57,235 nt of DNA. Source: Salinivirgaceae bacterium (GTDB taxonomy: Bacteria > Bacteroidota > Bacteroidia > Bacteroidales > Salinivirgaceae). Positions 29,356-38,381 of this stretch are shown here, in pieces. The stretch covers positions 1-57,235 of the forward strand of contig PKTE01000057.1 of assembly GCA_002869335.1 (NCBI GenBank), given 5' to 3'. The notes beneath the pieces are model-generated. The model saw only the letters and a list, made by a program, of their open reading frames with translations. It was not told the DNA's origin and did not search any database. The translations under genes and the position numbers were made by a program. Position 1 is the first letter of the stretch. Every line of letters begins with the position of its first letter.

Positions 29356-31707
29356 CTAAATATCATCAAATTCTATATCAAACTTCTTTTTTGTATTGGT
29401 TTCTTTTTCTGTATCAATAACCTTTTCTCTGGATATTTTTGAAAGGGAAATTTTCGGGTCATTAATATTACCAGTAATATCAACGAATAAGGTCAGCTTT
29501 TTATTTTTGCGACGTTTAGAATCCTTTCTTAATTTACGCGGAATTTTACCAAACAAAACATCTGTTAAGCCTACTGAAATTTGATAGTCAATATTATCAT
29601 TAAAATAATGCTCCCCTACAACGCCAATATCTATAGCAGAAGATTGAATTTGCATTTGAGGTATAACTATTTTATTATCATGAATTGAAATACGGTTTTT
29701 TAGTGTGTTAAATTTAATGTGATTTAGCTCATCCACGGATATAAAATCAGACAGTTCCTCTAAAGCTTTATAATTTATTAACTCCCCATCAACCACTTCT
29801 ACATCTGCATCTAAATAAATCGACTCTGTTTTAACTTTAAACTGAGGATTGAATACAAAATCAGAACTTATTGATGCGGTTAATTGCCCTTTCAGATTAT
29901 CCGAAACAATATAGTTCTGCCCAAAATCATTCATCTGAGCAAAAAAAGTTCCTATTTCAATCTGATCAATATTGGCAGAAATAGTGGTATACCACTCTCC
30001 ATTGTCCTGCTCAAGAAAAACGCCATTACCAGACAAATGTCCACCTGATGTATTTATATCAAAGTTTTTAAAGTTAAGCTTGTGGCCTTTTTTATCTAAC
30101 TTTAAACTTAAATTAGAGCCAATAAAGTTGTTGTTCCTTAGATCCTTAACAATAACATCCATGTCCATATTTAGCTTCTCACCTAGTTTTATTGTCCCCG
30201 ACTTTGATTCAGGCGAGGCATATAAGAAGTCTGACAAATAAAACTCATTTGAAAAAACATCTCCTGAAATGCTTAAAACTCCGCCTGAAAAAAGATATTG
30301 CTGAAGTCCCTTGGTTGTGCCATTAAACTCTACGTCATTTTTATTAATAATTCCCTTAAGCTCTTCCACAATTATTTCATCATCACTGAAATACAATAAA
30401 CTTTGCACATCCTCTATGTTTAAATGGTTGTCGGTCAGATTTAATGCCAGGTTAGTTAAACCTACTTCGCCCTTACGAATATTAAAATTTTTGTTATTTA
30501 ATGTATTATGGTTTTCTATTTGAAAGTTACCATCAAGGATGCCCTTGGGGTTCTCAATTTTATATTGGTTTAAGTATTCTTCAAAATCATTTAACTCAAC
30601 ATGGAAATTCAATTTTCCAGATATATTTGTATTTCGACTATTAAATTCGCCAACAAATCCCAAGTTTGAATTTGCATAACTAGCATTTAGTTTTTGCACA
30701 TTAATTTGCAAATTATTGTTGTCCCAAACAATTATTCCTTTATTATTTAAGTCAATTGAGTTAAACTCTTTGTTTATATCAAAAGAACCATCTAATAAAT
30801 ATGATGCATTCAAATATACACTTTGCGAGCTAGCCTGTAGTAAAAGCTTATTCACGTTTAATGACAACTTATTAGGCTTAATTGGAATATCTATTGATTT
30901 GAATAGTTTTATAGCCAGGTCGTCATCTACCAAAAAGGGAGAAACTTCCAATGCTAAAGAACTCGTTCCAATAGCATAGCTGCCTTTGTTTTCAATTTCG
31001 ACACCATCAAAATTCACTATGCCGTACCAATTCATAATGTTTTCATTGGTTAAAGTTATATGACCGACAAAGCCATAATCCTCAAAAAAAATATATTTCA
31101 CTGGAACAAAAGTCGGGTTTTCAATAGATACATTAACATCAAAAAGCTTCTCTTCTTCTCCTATTATTGCGCTTATATCAGCACTTTTAACATCAAATGT
31201 CTGTTTTATACCAGAACCAAAATCTGTATAATTTACCTTTAATCCTTTAATTTCAAGGTTTCCTAATTCAAACTCACCGCCGCCACTTTCATCACTTTTG
31301 GCAATAAAATAATTAGGTTTGTTTTGTTTATCAACCAATAAATTCAGTTCGCCAGGACCCACAGACAACCTTCTGATTTGAGGTTTGTCAGAAATTAGCG
31401 TTTTTAAATCAAGATCGAAATAGAGGTATTCTGTCACCAATAAGTTTTGAGCTGTTTTTTGACCAAAACTTTTTGCATTATGAATGGTAACATCTTGAAA
31501 TTTAATACTTGCCAAAGGAAATCGTTCCCAAAAAGACATGGACACATCATGCACGTCAATTTGAGCGTTTACATTGCGGTTAACCTCATCAACAACTAAT
31601 TGCACGATTTTATCCTGGTTAAAATAAAAGTACCCAAACACAAAAGCCATCAGTAAAAACAGCCCTAAAAGTAACCCCAAAACCAATTGCTTAATAAATC
31701 GCCACAT
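29356..31707 (-). CDS. AsmA-like protein
   Basis: N-terminal TM anchor, beta-rich body, C-terminal LKNRISIHDNKIVIPQMQIQSSAIDIGVVGEHYFNDNIDYQI. Confidence 0.75.
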   Translation of the reverse strand: MWRFIKQLVLGLLLGLFLLMAFVFGYFYFNQDKIVQLVVDEVNRNVNAQIDVHDVSMSFWERFPLASIKFQDVTIHNAKSFGQKTAQNLLVTEYLYFDLDLKTLISDKPQIRRLSVGPGELNLLVDKQNKPNYFIAKSDESGGGEFELGNLEIKGLKVNYTDFGSGIKQTFDVKSADISAIIGEEEKLFDVNVSIENPTFVPVKYIFFEDYGFVGHITLTNENIMNWYGIVNFDGVEIENKGSYAIGTSSLALEVSPFLVDDDLAIKLFKSIDIPIKPNKLSLNVNKLLLQASSQSVYLNASYLLDGSFDINKEFNSIDLNNKGIIVWDNNNLQINVQKLNASYANSNLGFVGEFNSRNTNISGKLNFHVELNDFEEYLNQYKIENPKGILDGNFQIENHNTLNNKNFNIRKGEVGLTNLALNLTDNHLNIEDVQSLLYFSDDEIIVEELKGIINKNDVEFNGTTKGLQQYLFSGGVLSISGDVFSNEFYLSDFLYASPESKSGTIKLGEKLNMDMDVIVKDLRNNNFIGSNLSLKLDKKGHKLNFKNFDINTSGGHLSGNGVFLEQDNGEWYTTISANIDQIEIGTFFAQMNDFGQNYIVSDNLKGQLTASISSDFVFNPQFKVKTESIYLDADVEVVDGELINYKALEELSDFISVDELNHIKFNTLKNRISIHDNKIVIPQMQIQSSAIDIGVVGEHYFNDNIDYQISVGLTDVLFGKIPRKLRKDSKRRKNKKLTLFVDITGNINDPKISLSKISREKVIDTEKETNTKKKFDIEFDDI

Positions 31708-31818
31708 GTGATGTAAACTTTTTTTCTTTGAAAAGATTGCACTAAATTAAGACGAAGAATTCAATTTTTATAAAAATCCAATAAAAGAATAGCTTTACGC
31801 CTGTGTAAATATTTCCAC

Positions 31819-31851
31819 AAAAAAAGCCGGAAAGATAAATATCAATCCGGC
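31819..31851 (-). terminator. Intrinsic terminator after pgk
   Basis: gccgga...tccggc stem with U7 on the minus strand. Confidence 0.7.
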
Positions 31852-31871
31852 CTATATTGTTTATTGTGTTA

Positions 31872-33056
31872 TTATCCTATTGCAGCAATACCCGGTAATT
31901 TTTTACCTTCAATATACTCAAGCATAGCTCCACCACCGGTTGACACATAGCTAACCTGATCTGCTAAACCCGATTTATTTAGTGCTGAAACAGAATCGCC
32001 ACCTCCCACAAGAGAATAAACGCCTTTGCCTGTAGCATCTGCAATCATTTGTGCAATTCCGAATGTTCCTCTGGAGAATTTTTTCATTTCAAATACGCCA
32101 ACAGGTCCATTCCAAAGTATTGTTTTTGACTTTGCAATAATATCTCCAAGTTTTACCAAAGTTTCTGGACCAATATCCATTCCCATCCAACCATCTTTAA
32201 CCTGATCGGCTGCTGTTACTTCAGTTTCAGTATTTGCGTCAAATTCTTTTCCGTTCACAGAATCATATGGTAAAATAACTTCTGTTCCGTTTTCTTTAGC
32301 CGCAGCAATTACTTTTTTAGCTGTGTCAAGGTAATCTTCTTCTACCATTGAATTTCCGACTTGTCCACCCTGAGCTTTGATGAAAGTATAAGCCATAGCT
32401 CCTCCAATGACAAGTTTATCTACTTTCTTAAGAAGTTGCTCTATTACTATAATTTTACTTGAAACTTTAGCTCCACCAATAATAGCTGTATATCCTTTCT
32501 TAGAAGCATTTAAGGCTTTATCTAAGTGTTGAATTTCATTGGTCATTACTTTACCAAACATCTTATTGTCTCCAAAAAGAGCTGCAATAATTGATGTGGA
32601 GGCATGGGCACGGTGTGCTGTAGCAAAGGCATCATTAATATATACATCGGCTCCTTCTGCCAACTTTTTTGCAAATTCAGCATCCCCCTTTTTCTCTTCA
32701 CCATAAAAACGGAGGTTTTCTAATAAAAGAATTTCACCTGCTTTAAGTTTTTTCTTTGCTTCCAAAGCCTTATCGCCAATACAATCATCAACAAACTTTA
32801 CTGACTTTCCTGTAATCTTTTCCAGATTTTGAACAACGTGTTTCAATGAAAATTTCTCTTCTGGTCCTTTGGGGCGACCAAGATGTGACATTAAAATTAC
32901 ACTGCCACCTTTTTTCAACACCTCTTTAATGGTAGGCATTGTCGCTTTTATTCTTGTGTCGTCGGTTACTTCAAATTTATCGTTCAATGGCACATTAAAG
33001 TCCACACGAATCAACGCTTTTTTATTTTTGAAATCAAATGTTGTAATGTCTTGCAT
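31872..33056 (-). CDS. pgk: Phosphoglycerate kinase
   Basis: RVDFNVP, SHLGRP, LLENLRF, GGAKVSSK, WNGPVGVFE, VSTGGGA. Confidence 0.99.
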   Translation of the reverse strand: MQDITTFDFKNKKALIRVDFNVPLNDKFEVTDDTRIKATMPTIKEVLKKGGSVILMSHLGRPKGPEEKFSLKHVVQNLEKITGKSVKFVDDCIGDKALEAKKKLKAGEILLLENLRFYGEEKKGDAEFAKKLAEGADVYINDAFATAHRAHASTSIIAALFGDNKMFGKVMTNEIQHLDKALNASKKGYTAIIGGAKVSSKIIVIEQLLKKVDKLVIGGAMAYTFIKAQGGQVGNSMVEEDYLDTAKKVIAAAKENGTEVILPYDSVNGKEFDANTETEVTAADQVKDGWMGMDIGPETLVKLGDIIAKSKTILWNGPVGVFEMKKFSRGTFGIAQMIADATGKGVYSLVGGGDSVSALNKSGLADQVSYVSTGGGAMLEYIEGKKLPGIAAIG

Positions 33057-33088
33057 AATTTTTTAGGTTTACAAAAGGTTTTGATAAT

Positions 33089-33096
33089 CAAATTTA
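33089..33096 (-). promoter_or_regulatory. -7 promoter box TAAATTTG for pgk
   Basis: TAnnTTTG 32 bp upstream of the ATG. Confidence 0.55.
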
Positions 33097-33245
33097 CAAA
33101 AATTCTAACTTTACACCTTTAAAAGAAAAGTTAAAGACAAGTTATTGATCGCGAAGTTAGCACTTAATTAGAGCTAATGTTGCATATAGGTTCAACTTTT
33201 TTTACGCACACGTTTTCGAAAACTAATAAATACAATGATTCGCAT

Positions 33246-34379
33246 ATGAAATTTGCAGATATAATCGGTCAGGCTCAAATAAAGAAACAATTGACAGACA
33301 TTGTGGCTTCTGGAAGAATAAGTCATACTATGCTCTTTACAGGACCCAAAGGAACTGGAAAGTTCCCATTAGCTTTGGCCTACGCTCAATATTTACTTTG
33401 CGACAATCCATCAGAAACAGACTCGTGCGGCGAGTGCCCTTCATGCAAAAGAGTGGAGTCTTTAGAATACCCCGACTTACACCTCATATACCCAACGATT
33501 AAGAAAAAATCAACAGACAAACCCAAAAGCGAGGATTTCATTGCCCTTTTTAGAGAAATGTTCAAAGGCAAGCCTTACTTTTCCTACATCGACTGGATTC
33601 AACAATTAAATGCCGAAAATAAAAAAGCCGGAATATTTGTAAGCGAAAATGAATCGCTTATGCATAAGTTGAGTTTAAAAAGCTATGGCGGAAAATATAA
33701 AATCTTCATTATTTGGATGTTGGAAAAGGTGAACATGGAAACTGCAAATAAACTTCTAAAGGCATTGGAAGAGCCACCAGAAAAAACCATATTTCTGCTC
33801 ATCAGCGACCACACTGAATTAATTTTGCCAACAATCTTAAGTAGAGCTCAGCTTTTGCGCACACAAATGCTTAAATCATCGGAAATTGAAGAAGGACTAA
33901 TCCGACATTTCAAACTTGAACCATCTGAAGCCAACAAATTTGCAGTTTACGCTGATGGAAATTTCAACAAAGCAGCATCGCTAATTCAAAACTCAGATGC
34001 TATTGATGATAATCTGGAAAAATTTGCCTTCTTCTTTAGAGAAGCTTATCGATTTAATATTGAGGAAATTGACAAGGCTGTAAACCAATTTAAATCCATG
34101 TCTCGTGACACCATCATCGAATTTTTGCAGTACTCTCTGTTTATCGTTAGAAACAACATGGCGCTTAACCAGCAATTAGACAAACTAGTTAAACTTACAG
34201 ATGAAGAACGAGAATTTTCCGCTAAATTTTCTCAGTTAATTACACCACATAGGGCTCAAATTCTGGCCTCTGAAATAGAAGAAGCTGTTTTTCATATCAA
34301 CCGAAACGTAAGTACCCGAATTGTAATGTTCGATCTTGCGATAAAAATTCATGAGGGGCTTAAAACCAAAGTTAAATAG
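33246..34379 (+). CDS. holB: DNA polymerase III delta' subunit
   Basis: MKFADIIGQ start, GPKGTGK, zinc motif C...SCGECPSC, ANKLLKALEEPP, LPTILSR. Confidence 0.92.
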   Translation: MKFADIIGQAQIKKQLTDIVASGRISHTMLFTGPKGTGKFPLALAYAQYLLCDNPSETDSCGECPSCKRVESLEYPDLHLIYPTIKKKSTDKPKSEDFIALFREMFKGKPYFSYIDWIQQLNAENKKAGIFVSENESLMHKLSLKSYGGKYKIFIIWMLEKVNMETANKLLKALEEPPEKTIFLLISDHTELILPTILSRAQLLRTQMLKSSEIEEGLIRHFKLEPSEANKFAVYADGNFNKAASLIQNSDAIDDNLEKFAFFFREAYRFNIEEIDKAVNQFKSMSRDTIIEFLQYSLFIVRNNMALNQQLDKLVKLTDEEREFSAKFSQLITPHRAQILASEIEEAVFHINRNVSTRIVMFDLAIKIHEGLKTKVK

Positions 34380-34403
34380 CCAACCAACTTATTCTTTCCA
34401 ACA

Positions 34404-34474
34404 AAAAACAACAGACTACAATCGCCTGACAGACAACACCCTACCCCTGCCTTGCGATTGTCGTTTGTGTTTTT
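34404..34474 (+). other. Long imperfect intergenic hairpin after holB
   Basis: aaaaacaacagactacaatcgc (34404-34425) pairs with gcgattgtcgtttgtgttttt (34454-34474). Confidence 0.55.
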
Positions 34475-34541
34475 ACGTCCTTCTCATATTAAATTCATTA
34501 ATATTTTCCGAAAAAGACACCCATAAAAAAACGAAAAATAG

Positions 34542-34549
34542 TAGTTTTG
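34542..34549 (+). promoter_or_regulatory. -7 promoter box TAGTTTTG for the PSP1-gldH-trmB cluster
   Basis: TAnnTTTG 49 bp upstream of the ATG at 34599. Confidence 0.5.
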
Positions 34550-34598
34550 TAAGTTAAAGTTATAAGTTACGGATTATTCCGTACTAAAATAGAATGAC

Positions 34599-35759
34599 AT
34601 GAGTAGCAGAGTTGATAATACATGTGGTTGTTACGAAAATAGAGCTCATGCCAATAGAGAATGCTTATCGGGCTGCGGAGCCAAATTAAATGTACATAAT
34701 TACATGTACAAATTTGCTCAACCCGGTGCCATAAACGAGATAGTTGAAGTTCGTTTTAAAAATACACGTAAAGGGTTTTACCGAAACGTGAACCAACTTA
34801 ACCTTCGCGTAGGCGATATTGTGGCAGTTGAAGCATCTCCCGGGCATGACATTGGCGTAATTACTCTCACCGGAGAATTGATTAAGGAACAAATGAAGAA
34901 ATACAAAGTTCCTACCGGTGCCGAATTAAAAAAAGTATATCGAAAAGCGAAGCCCGCTGACGTTGAAAAATGGGAAGAAGCAAAGGAGCTTGAGCACGAG
35001 ACCATGATTGAGTCGAGAAAGATTGCTCGCGACCTTAAACTGGAAATGAAAATTGGCGATGTTGAATATCAGGGTGATCGCACAAAAGCCATTTTCTATT
35101 ACATTGCTGAAGACCGTGTAGATTTTCGCCAGCTAATTAAGGTGCTGGCCGAAAGATTCCGCATACGTGTTGAAATGAAGCAAATTGGTGCCAGACAGGA
35201 AGCTGGATTAATTGGAGGAATTGGCTCTTGTGGTCGTGAATTATGCTGCTCCACCTGGATTAGCGATTTTGTATCAGTAACGACCAATGCAGCAAGGGTT
35301 CAGCAATTAAGCCTTAACCCACAAAAACTTGCCGGACAGTGTGGTAAATTAAAGTGTTGTCTAAATTATGAACTTGATAGTTATTTAGACGCACAAAGAG
35401 ATTTCCCATCCAGCGAAATTGAGTTAAAATGTAAGCAAGGAACTGCATATCATCAAAAAACGGATGTTTTCAAACGACAAATGTACTATTTGGCAACAAG
35501 TGAAAACAACTCATCCCTAATTGCATTAAGCCCGGAAAGAGTTAGAGAAATTCAACGAGCTAATCAAAAAGGAAAAGAGGTAGACACTTGGAACGCTATT
35601 GACCTTGAGCAAACCAAAACTACCAGAAAAGCAAAAGATCTGGATTATACAAACTCTGTTGGAACTGAAAGTCTAACAAGATTTGATAATAAGAAGAAAA
35701 GTCCAAAAAAACGTCACAAAAAACGTCGAAATCCTCGTAGAAATGAAAACCGTAATTAG
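34599..35759 (+). CDS. PSP1 domain protein (RicT/YaaT-like)
   Basis: VEVRFKNTRKGFY, RVDFRQLIK, QIGARQEA, GSCGRELCCSTW, GQCGKLKCCLNYE. Confidence 0.92.
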   Translation: MSSRVDNTCGCYENRAHANRECLSGCGAKLNVHNYMYKFAQPGAINEIVEVRFKNTRKGFYRNVNQLNLRVGDIVAVEASPGHDIGVITLTGELIKEQMKKYKVPTGAELKKVYRKAKPADVEKWEEAKELEHETMIESRKIARDLKLEMKIGDVEYQGDRTKAIFYYIAEDRVDFRQLIKVLAERFRIRVEMKQIGARQEAGLIGGIGSCGRELCCSTWISDFVSVTTNAARVQQLSLNPQKLAGQCGKLKCCLNYELDSYLDAQRDFPSSEIELKCKQGTAYHQKTDVFKRQMYYLATSENNSSLIALSPERVREIQRANQKGKEVDTWNAIDLEQTKTTRKAKDLDYTNSVGTESLTRFDNKKKSPKKRHKKRRNPRRNENRN

Positions 35760-36207
35760 CCTAACATTTATTTTAGTTGTTATATTTTCAGGTTGCGATA
35801 AATCAAGAGTCTTCGATGAATACGCTGCCATGCCTGAGGAGAACTGGAATATGGATTCTATTAAATATTTTCCATTTCAGATTGAAGACTCATTGGCTAT
35901 TTACAACATGTACATCAACATAAGAAATACAGGAAAATACGAATTCTCGAACCTTATTGTTTTTGTTGAAACGGATCTGCCCGGACAATTAAAGTTGCGG
36001 GATACTGTTAATTGTATTTTAGCAGACGAAAAAGGAGAATGGTTAGGTTCCGGGTTTGGCAGCATTTGGACTAGCAAAATACCATACAAAATCAAATTTC
36101 GTTTTCCCAGAAATGGCCAATATGATGTTCACATTCAACACGGAATGCGAAAAGAAGATCTTACGGGAATTTCAGACATTGGTATAAGAATAGAAAAAGC
36201 ATTTTAA
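35743..36207 (+). CDS. gldH: Gliding motility lipoprotein GldH
   Basis: ATG at 35743, lipobox IFSGC, IRNTGKYEFSNL, DTVNCILADEKGEWLGSG, HGMR...GISDIGIRIE. Follows the PSP1 gene. Confidence 0.88.
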   Translation: MKTVISLTFILVVIFSGCDKSRVFDEYAAMPEENWNMDSIKYFPFQIEDSLAIYNMYINIRNTGKYEFSNLIVFVETDLPGQLKLRDTVNCILADEKGEWLGSGFGSIWTSKIPYKIKFRFPRNGQYDVHIQHGMRKEDLTGISDIGIRIEKAF

Positions 36208-36209
36208 AA

Positions 36210-36926
36210 GTGGGGAAGAATAAATTAGCAAAGTTTGAAGAAAACAAACTGTTCGATCATGTTATTGAACCAAAGCTGGATACATATTTACAAAGCGACC
36301 ATGAACTAAAAGGCCATTGGCACGAAAAAATATTCAAAAACAATAATGATATTGTTTTAGAACTTGGTTGTGGAAAAGGCGAATATGCAGTCAACTTAGG
36401 TCGTGAATACCCGAATAAAAACTATATTGGAATAGATATAAAAGGTGCGCGACTTTGGAAAGGAGCCAAAATAACTGATCAGGAAAATCTTCAAAACATT
36501 CGGTTTTTGAGAACCCGAATTGAATTTTTAAGCCATTTTTTCGGCGAAAATGAGATTGCCGAAATTTGGATCACCTTTCCAGACCCACAACGAAAAAAAC
36601 GAAGACGAAAAAAAAGACTTACCCACAGTTCATTTTTGAAAATGTATCAAAACATTTTGAAGCCGGGAGGGATTATTCATTTAAAGACAGACAGCCTGTT
36701 TTTACATAAATACACAAAAGAGGTAATAGCTGATAACAAGCTCAATATAATTGAAGAAACAGATAACTTATATCACAGTTCATTATATAAAAACGAATTA
36801 ACCATTAAAACCCATTATGAGGCATTGTTTTTGGAGGGAAACCCAACAATTACATATTTGAAGTTTCAACTTGACAGTGAAAATGGTTTAATAGAACCTG
36901 AAACTGATGACGAAGAGTTTTTATGA
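36210..36926 (+). CDS. trmB: tRNA (guanine-N7)-methyltransferase
   Basis: GKNKLAKF, LELGCGKGEY, GIDIKGAR, IWITFPDPQ, HLKTDS. Confidence 0.95.
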   Translation: MGKNKLAKFEENKLFDHVIEPKLDTYLQSDHELKGHWHEKIFKNNNDIVLELGCGKGEYAVNLGREYPNKNYIGIDIKGARLWKGAKITDQENLQNIRFLRTRIEFLSHFFGENEIAEIWITFPDPQRKKRRRKKRLTHSSFLKMYQNILKPGGIIHLKTDSLFLHKYTKEVIADNKLNIIEETDNLYHSSLYKNELTIKTHYEALFLEGNPTITYLKFQLDSENGLIEPETDDEEFL

Positions 36927-37230
36927 AGAGGTATATGAAATTACACGGCAAGTGCCCAAGGGAAAAGTCACCACCTATGGGTTAATTGCCAAAGCAATTG
37001 GAAGTGCAGGAGCGGCACGCATGGTAGGCTGGGCATTAAATGCACAAAAAAGTCACCTTGGTGATATTCCGGCGCATAGGGTTGTTAATCGTAAAGGGCT
37101 ATTAACTGGAAGCAAATATTTTCCCGGAGACAATATGGTAGAACTTTTATTAAACGAAGGCATTGAAATAGAAGAAAAGCAAATAATTAACCTTGATAAA
37201 TACTTATGGGATCCATCCCAAAATATATAA
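36907..37230 (+). CDS. MGMT family alkyltransferase-like protein
   Basis: VPKGKVTTYG, ARMVGWAL, PAHRVVN (Ala replaces the catalytic Cys of PCHR, so ATL type). Confidence 0.88.
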   Translation: MTKSFYEEVYEITRQVPKGKVTTYGLIAKAIGSAGAARMVGWALNAQKSHLGDIPAHRVVNRKGLLTGSKYFPGDNMVELLLNEGIEIEEKQIINLDKYLWDPSQNI

Positions 37231-37240
37231 TTAAAACAAA

Positions 37241-38344
37241 ATGACATATACAACAAAACAAATATTAACAGTACTGCGCAGAGTGATGCATCCTGAAAAT
37301 CAAAAGGATATCATTACGCTTGGAATGGTGCAAGAATTAGTAGTTGAAGATACAAAAGTGGGCTTTACTTTGGTTTTTCCTGTGGACAATGATCCCACTA
37401 TTGAACCTATTCGCAAAGCGTGCGTTGAATTGCTAGAAGCTGAATTTGGAAAAGAAAACATTCAAATCAGAGGAAACATTAACGTTAAGGCTCTCAAAAA
37501 ATCTGAAGACCACTCTTCAATTGGAAAAGTAAAAAATATAATTGCTGTTGCTTCAGGTAAAGGTGGCGTTGGTAAATCAACCGTATCTGTTAACCTTGCA
37601 GTTGCACTTGCCAACACAGGCGCTAAAGTAGCTATTTTAGATGCTGATATTTACGGCCCATCAATTCCTAAAATGCTCAACATAGAAAATGAGCGTCCAC
37701 AAGTTAAAAAAGTAGACAATAAAGAAATTATTGTACCCCTTGAAAAATATGGAATAAAAACCTTATCCATTGGCTTTTTTGTAAATCCTGACGATGCGCT
37801 AATCTGGCGTGGATCTATGGCGACAAGTGCTATTAAACAAATGTTATTACAAGGAGAATGGGGCGAAATAGACTATATGGTAGTTGATCTTCCTCCTGGC
37901 ACAGGTGACATTCACCTTACAATGGTTCAAACGGTTCCTTTAAATGGAGGAATTATGGTTTCAACGCCGCAAGAGGTTGCAATTGCTGATGTACGCAAGG
38001 CAATGAGTATGTTCAATCAAAAAAGTATTAGCGTGCCGGTGCTTGGTATTATTGAAAATATGGCCTGGTTTACCCCAGAAGAATTGCCAGATAATAAATA
38101 TTACATTTTTGGCAAAGACGGCGTGAAAAATTACGCCAATGAGCATGGACTTACTTTACTTGGACAATTACCTATTGTTCAAAGTATAATGGAAGGTGGC
38201 GAAAAAGGAATTCCAGTTGCAGCAGATGCAGATAGCATTTTAGGAAAAGCCTTTGCCAAACTAGCCGATAATGTTATTGAAGCGGTTAAAATCAGAAACG
38301 AAGAGTTGCCTCCTACGCAAGTAGTTGAAATTACAACAAAATAA
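37241..38344 (+). CDS. mrp: Mrp/NBP35 (ApbC) Fe-S cluster carrier ATPase
   Basis: ASGKGGVGKST, DADIYGPS, DLPPGTGD, ENMAWF. Confidence 0.93.
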   Translation: MTYTTKQILTVLRRVMHPENQKDIITLGMVQELVVEDTKVGFTLVFPVDNDPTIEPIRKACVELLEAEFGKENIQIRGNINVKALKKSEDHSSIGKVKNIIAVASGKGGVGKSTVSVNLAVALANTGAKVAILDADIYGPSIPKMLNIENERPQVKKVDNKEIIVPLEKYGIKTLSIGFFVNPDDALIWRGSMATSAIKQMLLQGEWGEIDYMVVDLPPGTGDIHLTMVQTVPLNGGIMVSTPQEVAIADVRKAMSMFNQKSISVPVLGIIENMAWFTPEELPDNKYYIFGKDGVKNYANEHGLTLLGQLPIVQSIMEGGEKGIPVAADADSILGKAFAKLADNVIEAVKIRNEELPPTQVVEITTK

Positions 38345-38381
38345 AGCAACGATTTTTTCGTTCAGAAACAACAAAACCAGA

